From an uncultured Gammaproteobacteria bacterium (GTDB lineage Bacteria; Patescibacteriota; Patescibacteriia; JAHIZJ01), in the NCBI GenBank assembly GCA_964371245.1, contig CAYJKP010000001.1, positions 443,042-507,041 of the forward strand: a DNA stretch of 64,000 bases, given 5' to 3'. Under the pieces are notes generated by a model that had not been told where the DNA came from, made no database searches, and worked only from the letters and a program-made list of their open reading frames with translations. Below, piece by piece: positions 1-8,968 of the stretch (its first letter is position 1; each line of letters starts with the position of its first letter). The position numbers and the translations under genes are program-made.

Positions 1-1143
1 GTCGTCTGGCTGAAGACGGTGTGCTTCTGGAAGGACCCGAAGACGCTTGAGCCCATCACGATGACCTTGGCGCTGGAATACCCGCCTGTCGACTACCAGG
101 GGAATCGATACTACCTGTATCAGTATCTCGCGTGCAACAACGCGGCAGGGAGTATCATCCCCATCGTCGACGAAGGCTCGACTGAGGTAACCGTCCAACC
201 GCCAGCTACGGAAGAGAAGAAACCGGAGCCGCCCACCACGACGGATCAAGCGCCGCCTCCTCGCGAGACGTCGCATGAATTCGTTCAGGGGGGCGTCTGG
301 TGGCTCGACTACCGGTATGCCCAGGGCGGGAAGGACCGGAAGGGCAACCTTGACCGGCAGCACTCGTTCCTGGGAGGACTGGAGTGGCTGCCACGGATTT
401 CCGGCTACGACGGCTGGGGTCGCCTGCGCGATCTCTCCACCGTTGTCCGGATTGAACAGGCGTCGCTGGACAAGAATCACGTGTCCGGCGAATACCGGCT
501 CGGCGGTCGGGGCTGGATCCTCGGCGACGAGGCCGGCTCCTGGCGTACGGGCTTTGAAGCCGGCGCCTGGTATCTGGCCAGCCAGCGTGAGTTCGTCAAC
601 TACCAGCAGATCTCGCCCTCGACCATTGAGGCGCGAGAAGACGCGAGGTATTTCGATGGCTACGGCGGCTATGGCCGTATCCTCGGGATCACGCCGAAGC
701 TGGGGTATTATGAGGGTATGTTCAAGCGAGGGACAAACCTCGATCGCGAGATCGCGGGGAGTTTCTCCATTGAACCTCACCCACTATATTTCCGGGCGTC
801 GTACGACGTCCAGTACCGCCGCGGACAGTCACGGCACTTCGACAACCAGACCCTGTCCTTCCCGGCCGACACCATGCAGGTGTTCGAGGGACGGATCGGA
901 TACAAGTTCAACCACTATGTCATTGTCTACGCATCGTATGACTCTTGGTCTTACGACAACCCGAGCTGGTCATTCGACTGGCGCGGCCCCGGGATCGGAA
1001 TTGAGTACCGGATCAACCGTTGGTGGCGTCTGAAGGGGCACTTCAAGTACCTGAATGACGCTACCGATAGAGATTTGGTCAACGGCAAGGTGTACCACAC
1101 GGACCGGCAGTGGGCGGGGATCGGCCTCGACCACAGCTGGTGA
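1..1143 (+). CDS. Hypothetical protein, 5'-truncated by the window; Pro/Thr linker followed by a putative beta-barrel-like C-terminal domain
   Basis: Frame is open from base 1. GC-rich codon usage. Linker QPPATEEKKPEPPTTTDQAPPP, then an aromatic/Gly-rich alternating pattern ending WAGIGLDHSW-stop. Confidence 0.6.
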   Translation, partial: VVWLKTVCFWKDPKTLEPITMTLALEYPPVDYQGNRYYLYQYLACNNAAGSIIPIVDEGSTEVTVQPPATEEKKPEPPTTTDQAPPPRETSHEFVQGGVWWLDYRYAQGGKDRKGNLDRQHSFLGGLEWLPRISGYDGWGRLRDLSTVVRIEQASLDKNHVSGEYRLGGRGWILGDEAGSWRTGFEAGAWYLASQREFVNYQQISPSTIEAREDARYFDGYGGYGRILGITPKLGYYEGMFKRGTNLDREIAGSFSIEPHPLYFRASYDVQYRRGQSRHFDNQTLSFPADTMQVFEGRIGYKFNHYVIVYASYDSWSYDNPSWSFDWRGPGIGIEYRINRWWRLKGHFKYLNDATDRDLVNGKVYHTDRQWAGIGLDHSW

Positions 1144-1160
1144 GCAAGGAGGAACCGAAG

Positions 1161-2042
1161 ATGCGCAGGTGTGTGTTGATGGCACTGCTGGTCCTGGTGG
1201 CCTTTGCGCCGGGATGCAGCAGGGACAAGTGGACGATGACCGCGCCCGGGCTTGCCGAGCCGGAGCAGACAACGCTCGGCTTTTCCGTGACGTGCGCGGA
1301 GGTCGAGGACGGCTGGCCGGTGTTCATCAGCGGGCCGGTCGTGCCTGGATACGAACAGGATCAGAACATCAGAGTGCCGTTTGGCACCTATGCCGACGGC
1401 CACGTCGAGGGGGACTACCTCTGGTGGTCCTGGGGAAACGAGAAGCGAGTCCCCGTCTGGTTCTGGGCCCAGAACCCGGCAGACAGCCGCTACTTCCGGA
1501 TGGTCGACATCTCGGTCGGCGGCACTCCGATTCTGGGGTCAGCGGGTTCCAACGAGTGGGAGACCTGTCGTTCCTTCTCGGTCTACCTCGAGAACGGGGC
1601 GATCGTAGCGTCTCCGGACGGGCCTGATTCCCTGATCAATGCGCAGGTCTGGTACACCGGTACCGGTCTGCCTGACGGGAGGAACTGGCCAGCCGATCCT
1701 AACCAGCCGGTTGAATGGCTGGGGACATGGACCGGCTTCCGCGATCGTGCCCATGCGATGGAGTTCGTCAGCGGGCGATGGACCACCGAGAACGAGAACG
1801 TGATGGTCAAGAAGGGATCGAAGGGCTTCCTGAGGCTTCAGAAGCTCACTGGCGAAGAACTCCGGGCCGGTGTCTACTTCGGTCCGGAAGGCGACTTCGA
1901 TCGGGCGACGCTCCTGAAGTGCATCCATGACCTCGGTGGCGGCTACTGCGCCTTCGAGTACGCGATCACCGGCGCCGGGGGATTCGAAAACCCCAGGGAC
2001 GGCGATGAGCGGTTGTACGGCGTCCATATCGGGGGGCATTAG
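1161..2042 (+). CDS. Putative lipoprotein, hypothetical
   Basis: SD AAGGAGG at 1146-1152, ATG at 1161. MRRCVLMALLVLVAFAPG-C is a lipobox-like signal peptide. Confidence 0.7.
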   Translation: MRRCVLMALLVLVAFAPGCSRDKWTMTAPGLAEPEQTTLGFSVTCAEVEDGWPVFISGPVVPGYEQDQNIRVPFGTYADGHVEGDYLWWSWGNEKRVPVWFWAQNPADSRYFRMVDISVGGTPILGSAGSNEWETCRSFSVYLENGAIVASPDGPDSLINAQVWYTGTGLPDGRNWPADPNQPVEWLGTWTGFRDRAHAMEFVSGRWTTENENVMVKKGSKGFLRLQKLTGEELRAGVYFGPEGDFDRATLLKCIHDLGGGYCAFEYAITGAGGFENPRDGDERLYGVHIGGH

Positions 2043-2109
2043 TAACAGCCCCCACGATCTGGTCTCGATGTTGCGTTCCAAAGGCATACCAACCCACGGA
2101 GGTAGTGAG

Positions 2110-2670
2110 ATGAAGCGGTTCATGGTTCTGATGGTGCTTCTGGTTGCGATGGTCGCCCTGACCCTGCCCGCGATGGCGCAGGTGAGGGATAGCAAGGTGG
2201 CGCCGCCGCCGGCTGACAGCGCGAAGGCGACGGTCACCCCGGCTCCCGCGGCTCCGGCGCGTCCGACGCTCTCCGACCGCAACCCGGTCGACGGCTGGCT
2301 CGACGCGAACGGCAACTGGCATCTGCGGATCTACGTCAATCTGCCCAAGGCCATCGAGTGGTCCGGACAGACGCCGGTGCCGGGACCGTTTACGGTCGTG
2401 CTCGGCGGCCTGCTCTGTGTGGAACAGGATCCGACAGTCACGGGAGTCAACGGCAGTACGGCGGTCGAATTCGTCATTCCGGCGAATGAGTGCAAGTGCC
2501 AGGAGGAAGGCTGCTTCCTCGCGGCACGCCCGGCTGACGACGGCATCACGGTCTGGCCCTGGACCTGGAATCACCCGAGTCGGGCCAAGAACGACAAGGG
2601 CCAGCAGATCGGCGGTTACCGTCTGATCATGCCGGCCGACGGTATCCTGACCTGGTCGGGCAAGCAGTAA
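2110..2670 (+). CDS. Putative secreted protein, hypothetical
   Basis: SD GGAGGT at 2098-2103, ATG at 2110. Sec signal MKRFMVLMVLLVAMVALTLPAMA with AxA cleavage site, then an Ala/Pro linker and a Cys-containing domain. Confidence 0.7.
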   Translation: MKRFMVLMVLLVAMVALTLPAMAQVRDSKVAPPPADSAKATVTPAPAAPARPTLSDRNPVDGWLDANGNWHLRIYVNLPKAIEWSGQTPVPGPFTVVLGGLLCVEQDPTVTGVNGSTAVEFVIPANECKCQEEGCFLAARPADDGITVWPWTWNHPSRAKNDKGQQIGGYRLIMPADGILTWSGKQ

Positions 2671-2698
2671 CAACGCCACAATCCTGTGGCGGCTCTTT

Positions 2699-2744
2699 AG
2701 AGCCTTAGTAGTCTCATCACGAGACGAACGGGCTCTTTTTCTTT
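2699..2744 (+). terminator. Probable intrinsic terminator of the GC-rich operon
   Basis: AGAGCC...GGCTCT stem enclosing a GTCTC/GAGAC hairpin, followed by TTTTCTTT. Confidence 0.55.
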
Positions 2745-2801
2745 GTAATAAAAAACTGTTATCCAAATAGTAAGGATAGCAGTTTAGTATATGGAAACAG
2801 A

Positions 2802-4199
2802 CTACTTTAACGTCGGAAGTTTTTGCAAAACGGCCATACCTGCCCAGAAAAGCCACATATTCGCCGTACCCTGCAGAACATTGTCCGAAATGCTCATCAC
2901 CAGAACGGCCGCGATCAGCGATAAGCCGGAATACAGCCAGGCTTTATCGGTCGCTGGAAGTTTGGCTCGTAAATGTTGGAAAATATTGTACACAAGCTTA
3001 CCCAAAATTACTAGGTACGCCAATATGCCCACCAGGCCAAGCTCGATCACCAGGCGAAGATAATCGTTATGGGCCTCGGTGCTCTCGTACATACCCTTCA
3101 CGAATTGCTGGCGGATCACTGGAAACGCGCCAAAGCCGTAGCCCAAATACGGCCGGTCGGCGATTTTGCGGCTCATCTCGGTCCAGACCTTGAAGCGCCA
3201 ATCGATCGAGCTTTCGGCGTCGGAATTCTTTTCCGTCAGACGCTGGATGACGGGATTGCGGGAAAAATCGTAATCAAAATTAGTAAAGATGAAACGATTA
3301 AGCGTTGGACCAAAAAGCAACAGGAACATGGCCAGGCCAAAAAGCGCCACGAGAACTTTCTTATAGTATTTCAGGCCCATGATAAAAACAATAATTCCGA
3401 AACAAATCCAGGCGCCGCGAGTATAGGTCAAGATCAGCAGTCCGATAGTAAGAAGTAGGCCGATGATGAGCCAGCCGTGTTTTTTTATTCCCTCTTGACG
3501 ATGGGATAAAAAATAACCGAATCCGAGAATGAAGATTATGAGCAAATAGGTAGCGAAGGCATTGGGATGAACCAGCGTGCCGTAGACGCGATTATTCAAT
3601 CCGGCAAAGCTTAAACCAGTCTGCGTGAAGAATTGATACAAAGCAACCGTTATGGGTATGATACTGGAAAGCGCGATGGCCTTCAGAAAGCGAGCGGCGC
3701 CTTTTCTGTTGACGACCATGGCGCCGGCCATTAAATAGATAAAGAATATACTGGCGATCCTGACGACTTCCCTGATCGTGGCGGAGAGTGACGGGGTGTA
3801 GAATAATGAGATGACGCTGATAATGACAAAGATAAAAAATGGCCAAAACAGCGGCTGTTTCCAAACGCGCTGTTGACGGCGAATTAGGTAAAATAGGATC
3901 CAGGCGATGACCAGTAAACCGACCACGGACGACAGATTCAGGGAAAATTGTCCGACGTTCAGAAAATCAATCTGGCTGAACGTGTCCATGGCTGGGCGAA
4001 GGACGATAAGCGCGAGAAAGCCCAACTCATAGTCAATCAAAAATATCGGTAATAATACCGTTAAAATCAAAATTTGTAAGATATTTTCGTAGGTTGGATG
4101 CCGCGTAATGGCGTATAAGAGCGGCGCCGCAATCAACACCGTCAGAAAAAGAGTTTGTCCGATTCGTTGAGAGCTATACTTCTGCATTGGGACGGGCAT
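2802..4199 (-). CDS. O-antigen ligase / Wzy_C family membrane protein
   Basis: Multi-TM protein with motifs RVYGTLVHPN, TYTRGAW, GYGFG and AHNDYL...ELGLVG. Confidence 0.85.
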   Translation of the reverse strand: MPVPMQKYSSQRIGQTLFLTVLIAAPLLYAITRHPTYENILQILILTVLLPIFLIDYELGFLALIVLRPAMDTFSQIDFLNVGQFSLNLSSVVGLLVIAWILFYLIRRQQRVWKQPLFWPFFIFVIISVISLFYTPSLSATIREVVRIASIFFIYLMAGAMVVNRKGAARFLKAIALSSIIPITVALYQFFTQTGLSFAGLNNRVYGTLVHPNAFATYLLIIFILGFGYFLSHRQEGIKKHGWLIIGLLLTIGLLILTYTRGAWICFGIIVFIMGLKYYKKVLVALFGLAMFLLLFGPTLNRFIFTNFDYDFSRNPVIQRLTEKNSDAESSIDWRFKVWTEMSRKIADRPYLGYGFGAFPVIRQQFVKGMYESTEAHNDYLRLVIELGLVGILAYLVILGKLVYNIFQHLRAKLPATDKAWLYSGLSLIAAVLVMSISDNVLQGTANMWLFWAGMAVLQKLPTLK

Positions 4200-5373
4200 G
4201 TTTAATAAAAATTGATTCGTATTTTTGAATAGCTATGTTCCAATCGTACTGCTCGGCAAAGATCCGGGCTTGGCGTTCAACCTTCTGACGCAGATCGGAC
4301 GACTCAAAGAGTCGGTGTATTTTTTCATACATTTCGTGGGAAGAATTTGCCACGAAGATATTCTCGCCGTCAGAGATCGGTAATCCAGCGAGGCTTGTCG
4401 GAGTAGCGACGATTGCCTTGCCGCACGCCATCGCCTCGACAATTTTGTTTTTAAAGCCGGCACCGAGCGTAATTGCAGACACATACACAGCCGAGCGCCA
4501 TAAATAACAGCGAATATCTTTCACATAATCGGTAACGATAATCTGTGGATCGAGCGACTGAAGCTCGAAAATATCGAGGGTCGGATTTTTCCCGACGATA
4601 TACCATTGAACCCGCGGGTGCGCCTGTTTAAGCGACGGCCACACATTTTTATTGAAATCGAGGACGGCCCGGACATTCGGCGGAAAATTCATGGTTCCGG
4701 TGAAGACAATTGTTTCGTTATCAGGCTGCGATTCAGAGGGACGGAAGAATTTTAGATCCACGCCATTGGCAATAACGGATACTTTGGCCGTTGGAGCTAA
4801 TTGCTGGATTGTTTTGCGGTCGACATCTGAGACAACAACGGTTTCCGACAAAGCAGGCAGGACATGTTGTTCAAGAGCTATTGCTTTTTCACGTTCGAAG
4901 CGATAATGAATCTTTCTTAACGGATTTTTCGTGATGGCCCGAAATTGTTCATACCATGAGGAATATGCGTCGATGTACCCAAAGACAACGGGCGTGCGCG
5001 AGATATGTTTCAGGTAGGCGGAAATGAACGGGGAGTGGAAGTAGACGAGATCGACATCAGGGCGACCGTCAAGCGTTTCGACTTCCCAGATCATTTCGGG
5101 CGTGTACAGCTGGTATTGGAACCAGGCCATTGAACGGGATTTCGGCGAGAGATAGTAGAATGGGAGCAGGCGTTTCGGACGGTCAAAAAGCTTCACGCTG
5201 ATGCCGAGGTCGGTGAAACGCTTGATATTCGGAAGATCGTGTTTGTCGCCAAAACAAAGCAGTCGGATCTGATGCCGTTGAGACAAACGCGTCAATAAGT
5301 GATAGGCGATTAAGGCCTGGCCGTCCTTTTCGGGCGGATAGGGGAGGCTATTGGTGACAAATGCTAAACGCAT
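4174..5373 (-). CDS. Glycosyltransferase family 4
   Basis: GT-B motifs IANGVD, FTGTMNFPPN, KIVEAMACGKAIV. Confidence 0.9.
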   Translation of the reverse strand: MRLAFVTNSLPYPPEKDGQALIAYHLLTRLSQRHQIRLLCFGDKHDLPNIKRFTDLGISVKLFDRPKRLLPFYYLSPKSRSMAWFQYQLYTPEMIWEVETLDGRPDVDLVYFHSPFISAYLKHISRTPVVFGYIDAYSSWYEQFRAITKNPLRKIHYRFEREKAIALEQHVLPALSETVVVSDVDRKTIQQLAPTAKVSVIANGVDLKFFRPSESQPDNETIVFTGTMNFPPNVRAVLDFNKNVWPSLKQAHPRVQWYIVGKNPTLDIFELQSLDPQIIVTDYVKDIRCYLWRSAVYVSAITLGAGFKNKIVEAMACGKAIVATPTSLAGLPISDGENIFVANSSHEMYEKIHRLFESSDLRQKVERQARIFAEQYDWNIAIQKYESIFIKHARPNAEV

Positions 5374-5407
5374 GTATTTATCTTAGCGTAAAATTAGGAA
5401 TCTGAAT

Positions 5408-5495
5408 ATGGTACACAATCTTGGCGCTATTGTCAATCGTAGGGCGTTAGGCGGGAACTAGTGTAATTGTCAGCGTCACCGGTGGCGTGTATACT
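5408..5495. promoter_or_regulatory. Divergent sigma70-type promoters (GT4 leftward, methyltransferase rightward)
   Basis: Minus strand: TTGACA(5436-5431)-17-TACCAT(5413-5408). Plus strand: TTGTCA(5467)-17-TATACT(5490). Confidence 0.6.
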
Positions 5496-5519
5496 GAGAA
5501 GCAGTTAGAAAATCATCAA

Positions 5520-6146
5520 ATGTCGCTAGCCTACAAAATATCAGAATACAATAGAAACCGGAAGTGGCGCGCCTTTATCAAAACGTTCACGCTTTCGCCG
5601 AACGTAAAAATACTGGACGTCGGTTTCACTGAACGCGAGTATAGCGAAACCGATAATTATTTGGAAAAACATTATCCGTATCAGCATAATATTACCGCGC
5701 TCGGCGTTGACCAGGCGGAGGAATTCAGGCATCGCTATCCGGCCGTGAACGTCGTAACGTATCGTGGCGGAAAATTTCCTTTTAACGACCATCAGTTCGA
5801 TATTTGTTGGTCAAATGCGGTGATCGAACACGTCGGTAATTCACAGAAACAGCTAGCGTTTTTACAAGAAATACGCCGCGTGGCGAGACATGGCTATCTG
5901 ACCACGCCCAATAAAATGTTTCCGATCGAGGTGCATACGCGCCTGCCGTTGCTGCACTATTTGCCAAAACCGTGGTTCGACGCGATTATCAAAAAAACAA
6001 ATCGAAAATGGGCGGCCGGCGATTATATGCATCTGTTGTCAGAACGCGCGTTGCGAAAATTATTGCAGACGGCGGGGTATACAAACTATACGATAATAAA
6101 AAATCGATTGGCCTTCATTCCGCTGGACTTCGTGATTGCGTTCTAA
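5520..6146 (+). CDS. Class I SAM-dependent methyltransferase (Methyltransf_11-like)
   Basis: Motifs ILDVG, FPF...FDICWSNAVIEHV, TTPN. ATG 5520 chosen because the upstream GTG lies inside the promoter. Confidence 0.8.
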   Translation: MSLAYKISEYNRNRKWRAFIKTFTLSPNVKILDVGFTEREYSETDNYLEKHYPYQHNITALGVDQAEEFRHRYPAVNVVTYRGGKFPFNDHQFDICWSNAVIEHVGNSQKQLAFLQEIRRVARHGYLTTPNKMFPIEVHTRLPLLHYLPKPWFDAIIKKTNRKWAAGDYMHLLSERALRKLLQTAGYTNYTIIKNRLAFIPLDFVIAF

Positions 6147-6161
6147 TTAGTATAAAATGGT

Positions 6162-6216
6162 AAGGGGGCTAAGCCCTTTTTTTGAAAAAAATGCCTGGTC
6201 ACGGATGTGGCCAGGC
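6162..6216. terminator. Back-to-back intrinsic terminators
   Basis: Plus strand: GGGC-TAA-GCCC-T7. Minus strand: GCCTGGCCAC-ATCC-GTGACCAGGC followed by a T-tract. Confidence 0.7.
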
Positions 6217-6241
6217 GAAGGCAGAAGGTTCGAACAGGGGA

Positions 6242-7588
6242 TCAGTTGCCGATCGGTGGGGCGGGTGGAACTCGTGGCTTGCCACCACCTCCGACACAAT
6301 CCGGCGCGTTGTTGTCGACGACGCAGAGAAGCTGAAAGAGCTTCGTCATGTCGTCGTACCAGTCACCGGACTGTTGGCTGAAGTCGTAGCTGCAGCGAGC
6401 CGCGAATTCGGCCGGGACACCACTCTCAACGCACAGGTTGACGGCGTCCCAGTAGGAGTCGTCGACGACGTAGGCGCCGTAATCACGCAGCGCTTGCGCG
6501 ATCTTCATTGCCGGGGAGGTTTTCAGCCCCAGCGAATCGAGGTTCACGTTGGACGGAATGGCGAGCAGGCAGCCCATGCGTACGGCCGGCTTGGCGATAC
6601 CATCCTTGTCGTACTCCCGCTGGTAGTAATGATCGGCACGCGCGGCCGGCCAGCGGAAGCCTTTCTGGGTTTTCGATCCGTATCGGGCCATCCAGATGTC
6701 GATCTTCAGCGCGTGTCGGATCGGTTCCGGACCGAAGAGCTCGCCCCGGCGGATAGAACCACCGAGTGTGGCTAAGCTAGAACCGCCATGGCCGCCGCCG
6801 ATCCCATCTCCATACAGGTCGACGGTGGGCGCTTTCCAGCCGGCATAGGCGGGGCCAGTAGGATCGCAGCGGGCGGTCGGGTTTGCCTGGTAGACGGTGT
6901 TTCCGTCAGCCAAGACAAAGGCCGAGGTTGTGTTGCCGTCGTTCGCCGGGATCAAGGCACCGTCCGGCACGATGATCTTGGCCAGTTCATTGCTGCCGCT
7001 GCACTCTCCTGGCCACTTCCCGTTTCCGTAGAGCGGTCGCTCGCGTCCTTCGAAGAACAGGTACTCCTTGTCGGGTGCGATCCAGAGACAGGGCCTCAGA
7101 CCGGCCGGGACATAGTTTGCCTCGGATCCGATCGGCGCGTTCCAGATGCTGCCGGTCGAAAACGGCCACAGGTACTTGTCCCTGGTCGGAGCATGATCGC
7201 CGCCGCGACCTTGGCACTTCACCGTTTTCAGCTCGCTCGCCCCAAAAGTGATCTTGGCCTTGTGCTGACCGCGTTTCAAGGGCGAGTACGTAACGGTGAG
7301 CAGCCGAGACTCGAACGGCTGGAGAGTGATAACCGACGGATTGACCGAGAAGTGTTTGCTCGACGACTTCACCGAGCTCTCAATCGGGCTGGTCGTCAGG
7401 TTGTAGAGCCTGAGGCTCAGTGAGTTCGAGCGACCAGGCGAAACCGAGCCAAAGTCCAGCTTGAGAGGAGTGACTGGCTGGGTCGACACGATCGCGGGCT
7501 GCTGAACAGTCCGCTGACACGTTGTCGGCGCGCAGCAGGCTCCAGCAAGCACGAGAAAAGCGGCTACGAGTACCCAGATTCCTCTCAT
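6242..7588 (-). CDS. GC-rich exported protein (possible lipoprotein): Ig-like/choice-of-anchor-D-like domain plus an uncharacterised C-terminal domain (WPF-S-x-x-S-IWN-x-PIG type)
   Basis: SD-like GGGGGT 7 nt before ATG 7588. Signal peptide ending LAGA-C. LDFG...L.N....F.V.P..ITL.P....LTVTYSP fits an Ig-like pattern. Confidence 0.7.
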   Translation of the reverse strand: MRGIWVLVAAFLVLAGACCAPTTCQRTVQQPAIVSTQPVTPLKLDFGSVSPGRSNSLSLRLYNLTTSPIESSVKSSSKHFSVNPSVITLQPFESRLLTVTYSPLKRGQHKAKITFGASELKTVKCQGRGGDHAPTRDKYLWPFSTGSIWNAPIGSEANYVPAGLRPCLWIAPDKEYLFFEGRERPLYGNGKWPGECSGSNELAKIIVPDGALIPANDGNTTSAFVLADGNTVYQANPTARCDPTGPAYAGWKAPTVDLYGDGIGGGHGGSSLATLGGSIRRGELFGPEPIRHALKIDIWMARYGSKTQKGFRWPAARADHYYQREYDKDGIAKPAVRMGCLLAIPSNVNLDSLGLKTSPAMKIAQALRDYGAYVVDDSYWDAVNLCVESGVPAEFAARCSYDFSQQSGDWYDDMTKLFQLLCVVDNNAPDCVGGGGKPRVPPAPPIGN

Positions 7589-7644
7589 TGGATTTACCCC
7601 CATGGTAAAGGTTATCGAAGAAGCTATCAGCTACCGAACGTATA

Positions 7645-7720
7645 AATATACACTAAAACGATTTTTTGTCAACCCGCGCTGGTCGCAGGTATTGACAAGA
7701 AGTATAATAATTGCTATACT
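7645..7720. promoter_or_regulatory. Divergent sigma70-type promoters
   Basis: Plus strand: TTGACA(7692)-17-TATACT. Minus strand: TTGACA(7672-7667) with TATATT 16 nt downstream. Confidence 0.6.
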
Positions 7721-7750
7721 GCGCTGTTTTACTAATGGTATGATATCAAT

Positions 7751-8968
7751 ATGAAAATATTGCTGATCAACAAGTTTTACTACCTGAAGGGTGGAGCCGA
7801 ACGGCACTTCTTTGAGCTGAAAGAAATGCTCGAACGACATGGCCATGAAGTTGTCGTTTTTTCTATGCAGGACGAGAAAAATATCCCGTCACCCTATTCG
7901 AAGTATTTCGTTTCAGAAGTTAACTTTGAAAACGTGGCCCTGAATTGGCAGGGGTTACGTACGGCCGGCCGGATGCTGTATTCATTCGAGGCGCGCCGGA
8001 AAATCAGTCAGTTGCTGGATGCTGAAAAACCGGATCTCGTGCACGTGCACAATATTTATCACCAGATTTCGCCTTCGATATTGTCGGCGATAAAAAAGCG
8101 CAATATCCCGATTGTTCAGACGCTCCATGATTATAAATTGCTGTCGCCGAATTATGCCTTGTTTTGCCACGGTAAGATTTGCGAGTGTGCACTTGGCGGT
8201 AAATACTATACGTGCATTCGACACCGATGCATTAAAAACTCATATATCGCCTCAGCTCTATCGGCGCTTGAAATGTACTTTCATAAAACTCTGCAGCTGT
8301 ATGAAAAAAATATCGATGTCTTTATTTGTCCGAGTATATTCATGGCGAGACAGCTGAAGCGCTGGGGGATTCGTGCCAAGAGAATTGAGCAAATATACAA
8401 TTTTGTTTCCGAGACAGCGCCAACGGAAAATGTTATCGGCGACTACTTCGTATACGTCGGGCGACTGTCTGAAGAAAAGGGACTGCCGCTATTGCTCGAG
8501 GCATTTGCGGGTTTGCCGTCAAAATTGAAAATTGTCGGCACCGGGCCACTAGAAAAAGAGCTGAGGCAGAGAGTTCGGACTGAAGGAATGAAAAATGTTG
8601 AGTTTCTTGGTTATCGGGAGGGCGAGGAATTATCAGATATAGTGAGCAAATCCTTGGCGGTTGTCGTGCCGTCGCAATGGTATGAAAATTGCCCGCTGGT
8701 AATATTAGAAGCCTATCAGCATGGCAAGCCGGTTATTGCAACAGAAATCGGAGGCATTCCCGAGCTTGTTCGCCAGGGCCAAACGGGGTATACTTTCAAG
8801 CTCGGCTCGCCAAACGATTTGAGAAAGAAAATTCAACTCATGATAGAAAATACCAGCCGGGTCGATGAAATGGGACAGAACGCGAAGGCGTTTTCGGATC
8901 AGTTCCGTACCGAAAAATATTATCAGAAACTCATTACCATATATGAATCGCTGGTTGGCAAAAAATAG
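7751..8968 (+). CDS. Glycosyltransferase family 4
   Basis: Motifs MKILLINKF...GGAE, HVHN, TLHDY, VGRLSEEKG, EAYQHGKPVI...GGIPE. Confidence 0.92.
   Translation: MKILLINKFYYLKGGAERHFFELKEMLERHGHEVVVFSMQDEKNIPSPYSKYFVSEVNFENVALNWQGLRTAGRMLYSFEARRKISQLLDAEKPDLVHVHNIYHQISPSILSAIKKRNIPIVQTLHDYKLLSPNYALFCHGKICECALGGKYYTCIRHRCIKNSYIASALSALEMYFHKTLQLYEKNIDVFICPSIFMARQLKRWGIRAKRIEQIYNFVSETAPTENVIGDYFVYVGRLSEEKGLPLLLEAFAGLPSKLKIVGTGPLEKELRQRVRTEGMKNVEFLGYREGEELSDIVSKSLAVVVPSQWYENCPLVILEAYQHGKPVIATEIGGIPELVRQGQTGYTFKLGSPNDLRKKIQLMIENTSRVDEMGQNAKAFSDQFRTEKYYQKLITIYESLVGKK

Noticed and set aside
206-2856. Long overlapping alternative-frame ORFs in the first island (275-1033, 1055-1627, 1539-2315, 1966-2856)
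   Set aside because: Shadow ORFs expected in GC-rich DNA. They are Arg/Ser/Pro-rich with no SD or motifs, whereas the chosen frames have SDs and signal peptides.
6182-7423. Plus-strand ORFs 6182-6775 and 6788-7423
   Set aside because: Antisense shadows of the GC-rich minus-strand gene, which owns the promoter, SD and terminator.
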